Assembly: GCF_009914755.1 (NCBI RefSeq)
Contig: NC_060937.1
DNA: 64,000 nt
From: the human T2T-CHM13v2.0 reference genome, Homo sapiens
Direction: 5' to 3' (one strand)
Position 1 is the first letter of the stretch. Each line of letters begins with the position of its first letter. This document shows, one piece after another, positions 1 to 20,276 of the stretch. The notes below the pieces were generated by a model. It searched no databases, was not told where the DNA came from, and saw only the letters and a list, made by a program, of their open reading frames with translations. Made by a program: the position numbers and the translations under genes.

Positions 1-189
1 GACATAATGCTGTTAATTCAGGGGCAATATGGCCAAACTATATTTAATTTCACATTATTTTTTTGAATGTCTTCTCAGGATCTCTTTCAAATTGGACAGA
101 GATTGCATGCTCTATAGGATAATGGGATATAGTAATTGACATCCTCATGTTGATATCAAGCTATTCTTTTCAGGATCTACTAGTTCAGA

Positions 190-425
190 ATAATGATAAC
201 AAGAACAAGATTTGCCAAGTGTAGGAGTCATTCTGAAGTTTGCATATATTATCTGATCAAATCCTAACAACAGCTCTGGGAGTTTGGTACCTTTTAAATC
301 TATAATTTATGGATGAATGAGTGAAAGCTCAGAAATGTTAAGAAATGCTTTCCTATTCAGAGCCTCTAAGTAACAGACTAGGTTACATCTGTTCAGAAAC
401 TTTGCTCTAACATGCTGCTGCCTCA
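190..425 (-). mobile_element. MIR (degenerate)
   Basis: aatcctaacaacagctctggga...gaaagctcagaaatgttaag resembles the antisense MIR core. Confidence 0.55.
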
Positions 426-769
426 AGAGACTAGGACCTTACATTCCACCACTGTTAAATCTCCCTGTTATTTCACTCATTTGATAGAACGAATAATGGT
501 TTTTCTTTGGTTTTAGGAAAGCTACATTATAAACTTGACTACTAAGTCATAGGGAGAAGACTTTATAGTCATTTACCTTGGTCATCTGTGATCATGGGGA
601 ATGAAGAGAGCAGGGATAATTTCAAATCTCTTTCCCCACCATGGAGCATCATTGCCCAGAGTGATCAATTTAGAGACAAGCATCATATGTAGTCACCACT
701 GGAAAGTCACGAGGCATATTATCATGATAAGGGGTCTGAAAGGTACTGCAGAAAAACCCTGACTCTTCT

Positions 770-1082
<313 letters not shown>

Positions 1083-1349
1083 TAACCTAGCTTTCCCCAA
1101 ACTTTTGACTTTGTGACCTTTAATCTATTGATTGTATTTCTTAAATAATAATAATATCCAATAGTACTGCCACGACACAGACACAAGATGGGAAACAAAG
1201 AACACACAGAAATGACTTGAGTTTAATGTCTCCAGAACTGTCTTTATTTTACACTCAACGGAGAAGCAGTGTAATTCATACATAAATAGTCATATTAAAA
1301 ATACAGAACAGGTACACATGTGCCACTATAGCATTTTTTATAATGGCCA

Positions 1350-2592
1350 CATTGTGATATAATCATATACTTTAAAATTTACCTATTCAAGTGTAAAAGT
1401 AAGTGGTTTGTAATATATTTACAGCTGTGAAACTATCACCAATATCTCATTTTAGAACATTTCATCACCCCAAAAGGAGAGCCCATACCAACTATAACAG
1501 CAGTTACTCTCTAGTCCCCTTTTGCCCAAGCTCCTGGTAAATACTAATCTACTTCCATTCTTTATGAATTGGCCTATTCTAGACATTTCATATAAATGGA
1601 ATCATACAAGATATAGTCTTTTGTAACTGTCTTCTTTCACTCAGCATAAGGTTTTCAAGGTTCATCCACATTGCAGCATATATCAGTACTTCATTCTTTT
1701 ATATTGCCAAATAATATTCCATTATAGAGATATACCACATTTATTTATCCGTTCACCTGTTGATAATTCCGCTTGTTGGTTATTAAGAATAATACTGCTA
1801 TGAGCATTCATGTACACATTTTTGTGTGAGCATCTGTTTTTCTGTTCCTTTGGGTACACATTTAGGGGTGAAATTGCTGGGTCACAGGGTGAAACTATGT
1901 TTAACTTTCTGAAGAACTGCCAGACTGTTTTCCAAAGTGGCTGTGCATTTTATGTTCCTACCAGCAGTGTATGAGTGTTCTGATTTCTCCACATCCATAC
2001 CAACGCTTGTTATTTTCATCATCATTATTATTATTGGCAAGTAGTATCTCATTATGGCCTGGACTTGCATGTCTAATGACTAATGATGTTGAGCATCTTT
2101 CATGTACTTGTTGGCTATTTGCATGACTTCTTTGGAGAATGTCTATTCAAATTATTGCTGAGTTCTACAATTGGGTTGTCTTTTTATTGTCGAGTTGTAA
2201 GAGCTTTATGTATATACTAGATACAAGTTCCTTATCAGATACATGATTTATAACTATTCTCTCCAAATATGCAGGTTGCATTTTCACATTCTTGAAGGTA
2301 TTTTTGAAGAAAGAAATATTTTAATTTGAAATTATGATGAAGTTTCATTTGTTGCTTGTGCTTTTCATGTCATATCTAAGAAATCACTGCCTAATCCAAG
2401 GTAATGAATATTTACACATGTGTTTTCTTCTAAGAGATTTATAGTATATAGTTCTTAAATTTAGGTCTGTGACTAATTTTGAATTAATTTTTGTCTATGG
2501 AGTGGGCTAGGGTGCAATTTCATTATTTTGCTTATGAATATCCAGATTTCTCAAATCATTTGTTGAAACAAATGTATTTTCCAAATTCAATT
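1350..2592 (-). mobile_element. Old L1 (L1MB-like) 3' end
   Basis: ttagaacatttcatcaccccaaaag, gacatttcatataaatggaatcata; ORF 1882-2070 resembles degenerate ORF2 C-terminus. Confidence 0.85.
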
Positions 2593-2607
2593 ATGTATTT
2601 GTTTCTT

Positions 2608-3394
<787 letters not shown>

Positions 3395-4600
3395 GTCTGT
3401 GCTCTGCCTTCCCCAAATTCACGTCTTTCACATGAGGAACATAGACTCACTCAGTCCCAACATCCCCAAAGTCTTAACTATTCCAGCAACAACTCCAAGT
3501 CCAAAATCACATCTAAATAACATCAATTCACAGTCCCAACTCTCATGATATAAATCATTTAAATCAGTTGTGGATGAAATTTGTGATATGATCCACCCTG
3601 GAGCAAAATTGCTCTCCATCTGTGAACTTTGGAAGCAGATAAGTTATCTGCTTCCAAAATACAATGGTAGGACCAAAGTAGGATAGACATTCTCATTCCA
3701 GAAGGGAGAAAAGAGTCACAGGTCCCAAACAAGTCTGGAATCAAGCAGGGTAAGTTACATTAGGTTTCAAGGGCTGAGAGTAATCCTCCTTGATTATTAA
3801 TCCTCCTTGATTAAATGCTCTGTCTTCTTGGCTTGCAGGGATGGCAGCTGTACCCTCTCGGCCCACTGGGGTGGCAGCCCCAAACCTCTCAGTCCAAGGA
3901 GGCGCTGTTGGATAGGGCTCTGCATCTGTGGCTCTTTCTTCAGGGTAATTCTTCCTTCATTTCATCCTCTCCCTGTCCCTTTCAGTCCAAGTCAGCAGTG
4001 TTTCTGCTGGTATGAAACTCAAAAATTATATTGTTCTCTTGTGCAATTCACAAGACTCCAAATCATGAGACAAGAGAGCCCTCCACATATCTCTGATGGA
4101 TAATGGATAAATCCCCTCTCTCTTTCTGGCCTCTGTTGAGATGGCTGGTTGGATTCATGAGTCACACATCTAATCTCTTCAGCAAATGATTGTTCAGCCA
4201 CACTCTTGGCCCTTCTTTTAGAGTACACTATCCAGATAAGCTTAACATTTTTCAAATCATCAAGTGCTATTTCCTTTTTCTTTTATCAATTCACTCCTCG
4301 ATTTGACTATTTTCCCCTCACATTTTACTGTAAGCAGCAAAGAGGAACAACTCTACCCCTTCCACACCTCACTTGGTAATCTCAACTGGATGTCCAAATT
4401 CATTACTTACAAGTTTTATTTTCTACTCAGCAGAATAACATAATTTTGCCAAATTCTCTGCCACTTTTTAACAAATATTATGTTTTTCCAGTGTCCAATA
4501 ATATTTTGGTAATTTCTGAGACACTAGCAAAAGCACTTTCAATGTTTATATTTCCAGTGCCATTGTATTTAAGAAGATGTATGTATCCTCTAAGATACCA
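3395..4600 (-). mobile_element. MLT1 internal sequence
   Basis: Directly follows the LTR; ccccaaagtcttaactattccagc and tgcttccaaaatacaatggt are typical MaLR-int motifs. Confidence 0.7.
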
Positions 4601-4785
4601 GATGCTTTCAAGATTTTCTTTTTGTGTGTTTGGCTTTCAAAAGTTTCACTTCAATGTGTCTAGGTGTGGATCTTTTTTTAGTGTGTCTTAGAGTTCATTG
4701 AACTATTGAACTTGTAGGTACATATTACTGTTTTTATTTTAATTGAATTTGCAAAGTTTTCATCCCTTATTTCTGTAAATATTTC

Positions 4786-8812
<4,027 letters not shown>

Positions 8813-9273
8813 CTTCTGTCTCTTTCTCTTTCTCTCTTTTCTGAAATTCCCACTGTGTGCATGTTGGTATACCTGACATTGTTCCACAGCTTTCTAAGGC
8901 TCTGTTAAGTTTCTTGATTTATTTTTCTTTTAGTTCCTTAGGTTGAGTATTCTCCATGGGCCTGTCTTCAAGGTGACTGATTTTTTTTCTTTTGCCTTTT
9001 CGAATCTACTGTTGAACTGGTCTAGCAGGTTTTTAAAATTTCAGTTATTGTACTTTTACCTGAAAATTTCTAGTTTTTGAAATAATTTCTGTCTCTTTTC
9101 AGTTTCCCTATTTAGCAAGTCAGTGTTCTCATACCTTTCTTTAATTCTTTAGCCATTTTTTTCTTTTGTTTGTTGCATGAATATCTAACGGCTGATTTAA
9201 AGTCAGTAAATCAGTAAATGGCTGATTAAAGTTCAGTAAATTTAAATATGGGATTCTTTTGAGGCACTTTCTA

Positions 9274-9665
<392 letters not shown>

Positions 9666-10599
9666 AAAACTGGGGGACAGTTAAATAATATCGTGACAAC
9701 TTTGGAAATCAAATTCCCCTCTCCTTAGTGTTGTTATGGTCACTGTTGTTCTTACTATTTCTGTTGTTTATTTTGTGACTTTCTTGAACTAATTCTGTGA
9801 AGTCTGTATCCCTGATGGATGGCAAATGACATCTCTGCTCAGTTAGCTTAGTGGTCAGGTAATGACTGGACTGTGATTTCCTTAAAAGCTTTTGAACCAA
9901 TAAATCTCCTAGTCTTTGCTAAGAAGCTCTATGTGCTTTGGGCATGACTCAATACTCCATCAGTTTCCAACTTTGCTTAGGCTTCACTTCCTGTTTGTGC
10001 AGGATCTCAAGAAGAGCCAGCACTGAGAGATTTAGAGCCTACCTGAGAGGTTAAGTTTTTTTTCTGGGTACCCACAGAGCACTGCACATGTGTGTGGCCT
10101 TCTTGATGCCTAGGAATATATCTGAACTTCTCAAAGTCTCCTATCTCATTTCCAGATTTTCCTTTTAATATTTGTCAATGCTGTGTCCTTTTTATAGATT
10201 ATCCTGGTTTCATTTTACACATATTAATTTTTAAAAATTGAAAACAAATTTTCATAGCACTGGACTAAACAATGACAATAACAACAAATATGGCACATAG
10301 TCCCACAAGTGTAAATTAATAGTTTTCTAATTTAATCTATTTTTAAGAAAACTCACTCTACTGGTTTTGAAAAATCACATACACTCATTATAATGAATTC
10401 ACATAATGCTGCAAAGTACAAAGATGAAAATTTTTTTAAAATGATAATTGTAAAAATCTTATGTCCTATAAATCAATTTAACCTTTAAATTTATCAATGC
10501 TCATGACCAATACTTTTAGCATATCTCTTAATCCCTAATTTTTTAATTTTGATTTAGCCCCTAAGTGGCTGTATTCCGTTGTTAAGTTTTTTGTTTCTT

Positions 10600-11640
10600 T
10601 CAAGAAAAACTCAAGTTCTGTCATGTTTGGGAATATTAGCTAGTTGCTTCTATATTTGATGGATATTTTGCTGTATATAATAATCTCCTGTCATGCTTTT
10701 ATTTCTTCTTAATACATATATGTTATTGTCTTCTGGCATTGAATGAAGCTTTAGAGAAATCTAAGGTCTGTCTACTATTTTTCCTTTTGAATGTCTTCCT
10801 GCTCTGTCTGGATGGATACCAGAATTATTTCTTTTTCTTAAGTTCAATATTTTATCTAGATTATGTCTTGTGTGGAGTGTTCTGTTTTCATATTTTTCCT
10901 GTAACACAATGTGCCCTTTTTTATATAGAAGAATCAAGGTTTGTTTTTCATTCATTTGAGGAAAATGTTCTGGTATAATTTAAATTTAATTTATATTACA
11001 TTTATTGTGGCTCTACTTCAGGAACATCAAAATACCTTATGTTAGATCATCTTATATCTTTTTTCTATACCTATTGGCTTCTCTTTAGTTGCATTGATCT
11101 TTGTCTTTGTAAAATTTTCATTCACTTATTGCCTAATGATTGTAAGATTTTTCTACATGCCAGTAATTAAACTTTTAGCAGTATCAGTTCTCATCCTTTC
11201 TGTTTCTAATATATGTTTTAGTTTATTTCATAAAGTTTATAAACTACATTTTAATTTTCTTGTATTATCTTCTCATCTTTGAGCTTTCATTTCACTGATG
11301 TTAATCTCATCATTAAACTTTTGCTGTACTGAATATTCTTACTAAGAAATTTTATTGTTGCTCCAATTATGAAAAACACATTTTCCCATTTCGGGTAGTT
11401 ATTTTTCCCAGGCAAAATGCTTTGTTTGACTTTTACATGATATGTTTATTTGCCCTCTTTTTGGCTCTAGAATGTTTACATAATTGCCGTATTATTTCTG
11501 CCATGCAGAGTTCTGCCCAGATATCTATTTTCTCTGGTCATATGCAGATGGATTCTTATTTCTGGGGTCAGTTTATTTTTATCTCTGAGCTAGAATTTGA
11601 GGCTTTAATATTTCTTGTCCTGCTCAATGTGGGTCATTAG
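10600..11640 (-). mobile_element. Ancient L1 (L1ME/HAL1-like) ORF1 region
   Basis: T-rich degenerate sequence with gatattttgctg, gagaaatctaagg motifs. Confidence 0.5.
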
Positions 11641-11649
11641 ATATCTGTT

Positions 11650-12200
11650 TAACATATTTTCAGGGATGCTGCCATTTGTGATGCTACCATTTCATTATGT
11701 GGTTTCCAATATTGCTGTGGTCAATGAAGTGAGAGAGGATGAATCATTTGTATCTGCTCTCAAGTACTTTGACATATAAATGACATACATCATTTATGTT
11801 TAGATACCATTGATCAGAAATGGCATATGGCTCCAACATAACCAGAGGAGAAACTGGGAAATGTAGGGGTACTCTTAGAACACTTGATCATTACCATCTC
11901 TTCCATAGTGCTCAACATATAGTCAACATGTTTTTCTATATTTGTTAGCTTTCCTTTCTTTTGTTGGATTCAATGTCAGGTTCATTCCTCCCATGACAGG
12001 ACTATTATAAATTCTATGATTATATTCCACCAGTTTAGCTATGACAGCACTGAGAGAGTTTCTTTTTCTCGATAGCTCTTGCAAATTCCCAGAGATAGAT
12101 CTAATTGGTCTGACTTAGGTCCCACCTGTATCCCTCAAATAATTACTGTGGTCATAGGAAAACAGTGCTATGACTGGCCAAGCCTGTGTGTCTGTTGTCT
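11650..12200. mobile_element. Old MaLR LTR fragments (MLT1J/K-like)
   Basis: ccattgatcagaaatggcatatggc and attggtctgacttaggtc motifs. Confidence 0.45.
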
Positions 12201-12506
12201 CTGAAAGTGGAGCAGTTCTGTGTGGAATACAGCTTCTGTAAGGTTAATATGTTTGTGGAGGATGATTTGTCAGAAATTATTCATAGGATCTTGAAATTCA
12301 GAGGAGCCCTTAATGTTAATCTTGCTCTTGAATCCTGTTACTCAAGTGTGATGAAAATAAAAAAAACAATAGGTCTATAAATAACTCTTATCCCAAGTTA
12401 GCTTACTAACCTATTAACACAACAAAATGTCTATGTACATTTATATACTCTAAAGATATAAAGGTCCAAAAATGTTGTCACAGAAAAACCTTTAGTTAAT
12501 CCCAAC

Positions 12507-13254
12507 TATTATGGGTTGAATTGTGTCCTCCCGAAAAAGAGATGTTGGGCCGGGTGCAGTGACTTATGCCTGTAATCCCAGCACTTTGGGAGGCCAAGGC
12601 GGGTGGATCACCTGAAGTCAGGAGTTCAAGACCAGCCTGGCCAACATGGTGAAACGCCGTCTCTACTAAAAGTACAAAAATTAGCCGGGTGTGGTGGCAC
12701 ATGCCTGTAATCCCAGCTACTCAGGAGGCTGAAGCAGGAGAATCGCTTGAACTCAGTAGGCAGAGGTTGCAGTGAGCTGAGATTGCACCATTGTACTCCA
12801 GCCTGGGGGACAAGAGCAAGACTTTGCCTCAAAAAAAAAAAGATGTTAAAGTCCTAATGCCCAGGACCTCAGAATGTGATCTTATTTAGAAACAGGGTCA
12901 TTGGTGATATAAAGAAGTCAAAATGGTGCCATATTGGAGTGGGTGGACCCCTACTTCAATATGATTGGTGTCCTCATAAAAAGACTGTGATGTGAAGACA
13001 CAGACACAGAGAGAATGTCATGTGACAGCAGAGGCAGAGATTGGAGTTATACAGCTGCAAACCAAAGAATGTGAGAGATCACTGACCACCAGAACACAAG
13101 AAGAGGCATGGATTCTCCTACAGATGTCAGAGGAAGTATGGGCCTGCCAACATTTTGATTTTAGACTTCTACCCTCCAGAATTGTGATGCAATAAATTGT
13201 TTTAAGCCAGCCAGTTTGTGGTGCTTGTTATAGCAGCCCTAGGAAAGTAATATA
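12507..13254 (+). mobile_element. MLT1B/C solo LTR containing an Alu
   Basis: tattatgggttgaattgtgtcc...tagcagccctaggaaagtaatata; 5-bp TSD ccaac at 12502-12506 and 13255-13259. Confidence 0.9.
12548..12840 (+). mobile_element. AluSq-like
   Basis: Full dimer, gacaagagcaagact diagnostic; agatgtt on both flanks. Confidence 0.93.
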
Positions 13255-13389
13255 CCAACTTTTATATATTTTTTATTCAAAGACATCACTACTGTGCCTT
13301 AGCAGCATCAGGAAATGAATGCCTAGTAGTTGCCTGCTTTAAAGTTCCTATTAAATGCCCACTGTGTTCATTAAGTTACTTCTATACAG

Positions 13390-15010
13390 TAGCACAGGTA
13401 TACTGGTGATAAATTCTTTCCACTATTTTATGTGAGAAAACATGTTTATTTCACCTTCATTATGGTAAGATATTTCCACTGGGTATAGATTCTAGATGAA
13501 CTGTTTTTCGTTTGCTTGTTTGTTGTTTCTTTTAGTACTTTAAAAATGCTGCCTTGCAGTTTTCTGGCTTACATAGTCTCCAGCAAGAAATCATCTGTCA
13601 TTCTTATCTTTCTTCTGTACATATATGTCTTTTTTCTTTGGCTACTTTTAAGATGTTTATCTTTGTTACTGGTTTTAATCAATTTGATTACAGTGTATTG
13701 TGGTGTCGCTTTCTTCATGTTTCTTGTGCTTGGAGTATGTTGAGTTTCTAAAATCTGTTAGCTTATAGTTCTCATCAAATTTGGAAGAAAAATGTGGCCT
13801 TTTTTTTCAATTTTTTTTTTCTCTTCTTCTTCACTCTTTCTTTGGGGATTATAATTACATGTATATTTGGCTGCTTGAAATTGCCCAACAACTCAGTAAC
13901 ACTACATTTTTTATTGAGTCATTTTTCTCTCTAGTTCTTTTTTGGATAATTTCTATTGCTGTCTTGAAGTTCACTAATATTTTTTTCCTCTAATGTCTAA
14001 TATACCATTCATCTTGTCAAGTATATTTTTCAGCTTTAGGTCTTCTATTTAAACCTCTTTACTATTTTCCATATTGCTACTTAACACATTCGGTCTTTTC
14101 TTTAGCTTCTTGTACATGTTAAAGTGAGTTGCAATTGTTTTATTGGGGTTTTCCCCCTGCCAGTTCTATCAGCTATGTCATTTCTGGGTTGGTGTCTACT
14201 TGATTTTTTTTTCTTTGCATTATGAGTTGTCTTTTTCTACTTTTCTGCATGCCTAATAACTTTTAATTTAATGCCAGGCAGATAAAAATACATTTTATCT
14301 TGTTTGGTGCCAGATATTTTTGTATTCCTATAAATATTTTTGACCTCGTTTTAGGATGCATTAAGTTACTTGGAAAAGTTCAGTTCTTTTGGGTCTTACT
14401 CTTAGACTTTGTTAAGCAAGATGAGAGCAATGTTTCATGTAGGGTTAATTTTTCCCCACTCAGGCAATCCATTCTAACTGGTGAAAACAGGAAATATTCC
14501 TTCCATTCTGTGACCTCTAATCATTTTGAGTATTTTTAAAATTCTGATCTCAGGTATTAGTCTCACATGTGCTTTTTAAATTATCTGATAAATACTCAAT
14601 GTGGATCTTATGCAGATCAGATCTCTGGGGTTCTGTCTCTCTGCAGCTGTCTCCTCTCTGCTACTCTGCCCTATGGATTCTAGCTGCCCTGGCTTTCCTG
14701 GACCCCTACTTCCATCTCTGCAAATCATGGAGACTCCAGGTTCTGTCTGGTTCCCCCAACCTGTACACACTGTGGAAACTCCTAGGCAATAAGCTGGGGC
14801 TATTGCATTACTCACCTTGTTTGCTTCCCATCTCTCAGGGATCACCATTCTTCATTGCCTCATATCCAATGCCTTGAAATTTTTTGAAAGATATCTTCTC
14901 AGAACAGGAGTCTCTGAGGAAAAAGAAAAAAAATATTTTGTCCATTTTTTTTGTTGTTTCGCATGTGGAAGGGTAAATCTATTTTTGTTACTCCACTGTG
15001 TTTGGAAGTA
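13390..15010 (-). mobile_element. Old L1M (MC/ME-like) ORF1/5' region
   Basis: ctggtgataaattctttc, tttatttcaccttcatt, ccactgggtatagattctag. Confidence 0.65.
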
Positions 15011-16509
15011 AATTTAGAAAATATTTTTAATTTTGAAACATGAGTTAAATGTACTTTTCATAATTTTTCCTTTCATCCTTTTTGCCCTTTAGCTGCTACC
15101 CCTCATTTAAGAAGCTGTTAGCCATAAAGAATCACTGTACCCTAAAGGGTCCTAGCAAATGTGAGTGAGGCCTTGCTTAGCAGCAAAGAGTATGGACTAA
15201 CTACTGAAGGCTGGTGAATGATATTATGGAACTCTCAGGGAATGATGCAAGAGCAGAACAGCAAGGACCTGGGGTCCACTCCTCATGACACCATAGCTTC
15301 ACAAAACCCTTAGTACTTAGATGCACTGCAGCAAAAGAGGAAAATCCCTGAATTAAAGAGATTACATTTCTTCCAATACAATAGAATACATTTAAATTAT
15401 ATAACTCTCTACATATAAAATATTGCACACCCCTGAGACAAATGGCGTATTAGGAAAGAGGAGATGTTTGTTTTGGTGGGGGAAATGGGAGGATGATGAT
15501 GTATAAATTTTTAGCCATCTTGGATTGAGGTGATAATGACTTTATTAGAAATGGATATGGGTAAGAAGATATCAGGACAATTATGTAAATTTAGGATTCA
15601 CATGGAAATTCCCATGGAAGTTAAAGAGGCCCCCTGAGGAAATGAGTTTAGAGTGATAATAAAAAAAAAGAAATGGTAGGAGGAAGTAAGGTGTGCCAGG
15701 AAGCGGAGAAAGAACATTCAAAGTAACTGGCAAACAAAGCAAGTCAGGGTTTGCAGAACAGAGAGTTTTAAGAAGTGGGCTGTCGGTGGTATTTTGGGTA
15801 TAGAGGGCATATTATGTTAGGATGGAAAATTCCCAGCATGCACGCTGACACTCCTACCTACTGCATCCTTAGCAGCCAGGATTGCACTACAATGGCATTC
15901 CTTGTAATTGGGCCCAGGCATATCCTCACAAGTCTTCTCAAGAAGGTTTTCCAAGTTTGCAAGATGAGACTTGTTTAGTCTGTTGGATCTAATATTAGGG
16001 ACTCTGACTTGTAACTTGACCTTGGCCCCGTGATTTTTTTCTTTCATACTTACACCTTGCCTGCTAGCCAAGCCAAATGTACTTCCAGTCCCTTTGTGTC
16101 TATTATTATAGCAACTTGAAATATCTCAATTTATATTCGTGTCTTATATTTGTATAACGCTTCACTGTTTACAAAGCATGGTTGTATCTTATATAGATCT
16201 CAAAATAGAAATGACGGGATGAGCAAAAATTATAGTCATAACTTGTGGCTGATATAACTGAGAATGACAAACCCTTAAGTGATTTTCTCAACACTGCACA
16301 GCTACCAATTAGCAAAATCAAGGGAAAACAAACAAATAAATATATCTTTGACTCCAAGTTGTACTCCGTTTCAGTTTAACTGGTTTTCCTCATTGTGTGG
16401 ATAAGAGTTCTATTTTTTCATTCTCTGCTTTCCACCTTGAGTTCTGTAACACAGTAAGGCAGAATTGCTTTGCTTACCTGTGAAGGAATATCAAATTATT
16501 CAGAGGGCT

Positions 16510-16700
16510 ACTTGTGAAAATCACTTGATAACTCATTGTACATTTGCTATTTTATGTAATTTACTTCTTATAGCAACCCTTAAAGGTAAATATTATTTTA
16601 TGTATGGGAAAACAGAGGCTTGGAAAGTCCAAATAACTTACACAAGATGAGACGGTTGGTGGGGTTGGAATTCTAACCATCATACCATAGTGAACTAATT
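16510..16700 (-). mobile_element. MIR
   Basis: gggaaaacagaggcttggaaag...aacttacacaag core. Confidence 0.55.
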
Positions 16701-18959
16701 CTATTAGGCCTTTCCGGGGCATCAGTCTTTCTAGAACTAAAACTCTACTGAGGGCTATTTGTTCCTTTAGTTATTTATGCCTCGACATTTATTTGGACAC
16801 TCAGACCCCATGCAAGGAACAATGAAGGGTCGAAGGGATAAAATAATGAATGTTTGGGCCTTCTGTGAGTTCATGGTCCACACCCTGTCCTCTGTCTGAG
16901 ACCCACACACCTAGACCACTATTGTTCCTTGACATGCAAAGCAGTTCATTATTCCTGGAAAAGTCAAAGTGGCTTTTTTTGTTTCATAGTTAATCCTGGG
17001 ACCTTGATTCTTCACTATTTTATATTGCTCTCAATTTGGAGCCTATGTGGATAAGGGCAGAATCTGGAGAGCACCAAACCTTTTAGCAGCCTGTTCTTTG
17101 CTGGCATAAAAATGTCCTTATTTCACTGGTGCAAATTTTGTCCCTTGAGGGTAATGTCTGGGCAAACTGACAATGCGTGGGTGGTTGTCATCACCATCTG
17201 CATTTTGCCTTGTAGGGAATCTTAGAGTAGCACCAGCTGTTATATATGATTTTGGGAAGTTCTGAGTCCTCAAGGAAAAACACAACATAAGGACAAAATC
17301 CTCTTTGCTATAAAGAGAATATAAGTGTATAGAACCTGGGGGTGGAGTGAAGGGCAAAGTGATTTCTGCATTTGTTATAGCTAGAGTTTGCTTTGTGAAT
17401 ACCTAAGTACTGGCAAGACAAGAGAAATGCATGTAAATTCAGAACATAAAGTCAAGAAACTTGTATTTATGTTTGGCTGGTGGGAAAATGTCATCACAGT
17501 GGACATTCAAACTTTCCAACAAAGTTTCAGAAGAGAAGAGTAAACACAGAATCCCCAGGGTCTGGGGTGCAGCCCTAGAAAGGGGCATTTATTTTTAGAT
17601 TCCTGATTTATCATAAAAATTCATGATGTATCTGTGTCTGTTTAACTATGAAGATAATGCTTTCCCACCAAAATCCTGGAAAAATAGATGCCCTAGGAAG
17701 ACATGATGTTTGTCCTGGGGCTTTGCTTACTTTCTTGTGCATCTTGTATATATGCCCTAGTTTGGTTAGAATTAAGGTACACTGAGAAGCAGATATTTGA
17801 GGGATAAAGGTATGGCTTACTTTTTCTTTTCTGAGAGAAGTTAAAGAAAGTTAAATGTGGTGACCATTTTTTCCTGACAGTTCATCACTATAGACCTTTT
17901 AGGCCTCCCAAGGGTGAAGGGTCAAATTAGAGGAGACCTAATTGCTCAGATTTGTTTCATTCCAAGTTCACCCTGGGATGAGGACTTAGCTTTGAGAAAG
18001 GTTTTGGATGTCATTTATCTTACCTCTCCAGCTTGGTGATTGGCATTTAAAGGCTTCAAGATATTGTGAATGAAAACCATTTTTAGGAGCAGTACTCTGT
18101 TTGACAAGACAGTCTCCAATGTCATCCCCATTTAGAACTCAGCCACTCTGTAGTCCTTGGGATCACCTCAATGTCACAGGGGCTCTTGCAGGCCTAATGG
18201 AGCCGATTTAAAATGGAACCAGTTCTTACAGATCTGAGGGTTTATAATTATATCTGTTAAAGAAAGTGCTTTGAACTCAACAGGGGTGTTGATAGAGGAT
18301 TAATTGTTTAATTCTATGAGAAACTTTGAAAACAAGAATTTATCATTATTTTTAAATTTACACGTGGACATTTAAAGAAATGCTCTATAGCTGTGTGCAT
18401 AATGCTAGAATATGATTTAATAAAAATAACTTACAAAGAACCTTGAAAGGTGAACAAACTTTCTTTCAGTCCTTACATATTACTAAAGAACATTTAAGCT
18501 TATTATTTAGCAGATTGTATTTCAATTTGCTATGATCTATTTTGTGAACATTAATTTAAAAAATTTAGTAATTGACCTGTACAAAATTACAGAGTATCCA
18601 AAGTATGCAAAGGTTTAAGGCTGTCCCAAAACTCAAGAAATTAACAGTTTATGAAGTTGGAGAAAAAACATTATCTCATATTTCCAGAGGTCATATATTC
18701 ACGGCTTGTTCTATGGTCTGACATAATACTTCAATGTCTCTTTAAATTATATCTTCCCAAATTTTCCCAGTTAGAAATAATCCCTCTCCCTCTTCCCACT
18801 CTTTCACTCTCTCTCTTTATCCTCCAAATCCCCCATAGCATTTTGGTTGTATGAATATTGTAGCACTTACTATTCTCATCACAGTCTTTAGTATAACAAG
18901 AGCCAAACTGTGGCTTCTACATGCCAAGGGCTATATCTTAATTAAAAACAACAGCAACT

Positions 18960-19170
18960 TCCATTTTTGAAGAAGATTTTATGTGTCAAATGCTAAGCCA
19001 AATGTTTACTCTTCAAAGTAATTTTATAAAATAGGTGTTATTACTGTTATTTCAGAGGTAAGGCAATTGAGGATTAATGATGCTATATAACCTGCTCAAG
19101 ATCACAGATTTGGAAGGTAGGAGTTGTGAAGTACAAATGCAGGCCTCCTAACTTTTGAGTCTTTGCACTA
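18960..19170 (-). mobile_element. MIR
   Basis: aggcaattgagg...aacctgctcaagatcacag core. Confidence 0.55.
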
Positions 19171-19415
19171 ATTGGGACTTCATACCAGCTTTCAACATGC
19201 AACATTTACCGTTGTTTCTCTCCCACCTTCACCTCTCACACTTGCCACAGTGCTTTGATGGATGCCCCATAACTCATTTAGTTGAATGAACATGAAAGAT
19301 AATACATTGAATGTAGCCATTTATATATAATGAGCTTCTTACAACATAAATTGTATACAGTTGGCTCATTTGCCAATACAAAAGATGGACCACAAACAAA
19401 ATCCTGATCTCTTGC

Positions 19416-19785
19416 TGCTTTAGTCCATTTTTCACAGCTATAACAGAATACAACACACTGGGTAATTTATAATGAACGGAAATGGACTGGCTCACAGCTC
19501 TAGAGGCTGGAAAGTCCGAGATCAATGGACTGGTATCTTGTAAGAACCTTCTTGCTGTGTCATCTCATGATGGAACTGCAAAGAGAGGGCATGAGAGAGA
19601 GCAAGAGGAGACAAATTTGTCTTTTAATAAAGGGTCCACTCCCATGATAATATAATTAATTCATTCATGAGTGCAGTGTCCCCATGATCCAAACATCTCC
19701 CTTTGGGTGCCACCTCCCAACACAACTGCATTAGAAATCATGTTTCCAACACATAAACTTTGTGGGATATATTTAAACCATAGAA
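19416..19785 (-). mobile_element. MST (MSTC/D-like) solo LTR
   Basis: actgggtaatttataatgaac, ccacctcccaacac, aaaccatagaa; perfect TSD cttgc at 19411-19415 and 19786-19790. Confidence 0.88.
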
Positions 19786-20084
19786 CTTGCTATCTTCTCC
19801 TGGAAGAAGCCTGTGTTCAGCTTTGGCCATGATCTCTGGTTGTTTAACCCCTTTTAGCAGCCAGATTCCCTGCAATCTTTCATGTATACTTACCTTTCCT
19901 GATGTTGATCCTGGTATTATCTCCTGCCATGATATTCAAGCATGCAATCCAGGCATGTTATTAGATTTAATGCACTAATCTGAGTAAATTTACTGAAGGA
20001 GAAGTATCTTGCTTCTCTCCTCTCAGGAAAAATGATAAATGAACCTCTCAAAACTATAGATAACCTTATCAGACTAATTAGTTC

Positions 20085-20175
20085 CATCCATGCATTCATT
20101 CATTCATTCATTCATTCACTTACTCATTCTCTCAAATGCTCCTTCATTCTTTCAACAAAAAAATTTTTTAGAGCT
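20085..20175 (-). mobile_element. L2 3' tail with (CATT)n
   Basis: cattcattcattc...ttcaacaaa. Confidence 0.55.
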
Positions 20176-20276
20176 TGACATAATTTCTACCTTCAAGGAG
20201 TTTACATTTAATGAGGGCAACCAGCAGCTAACTAGATGATTATAATAGTGTAAACACTGACCCTTGAACACAGTAG

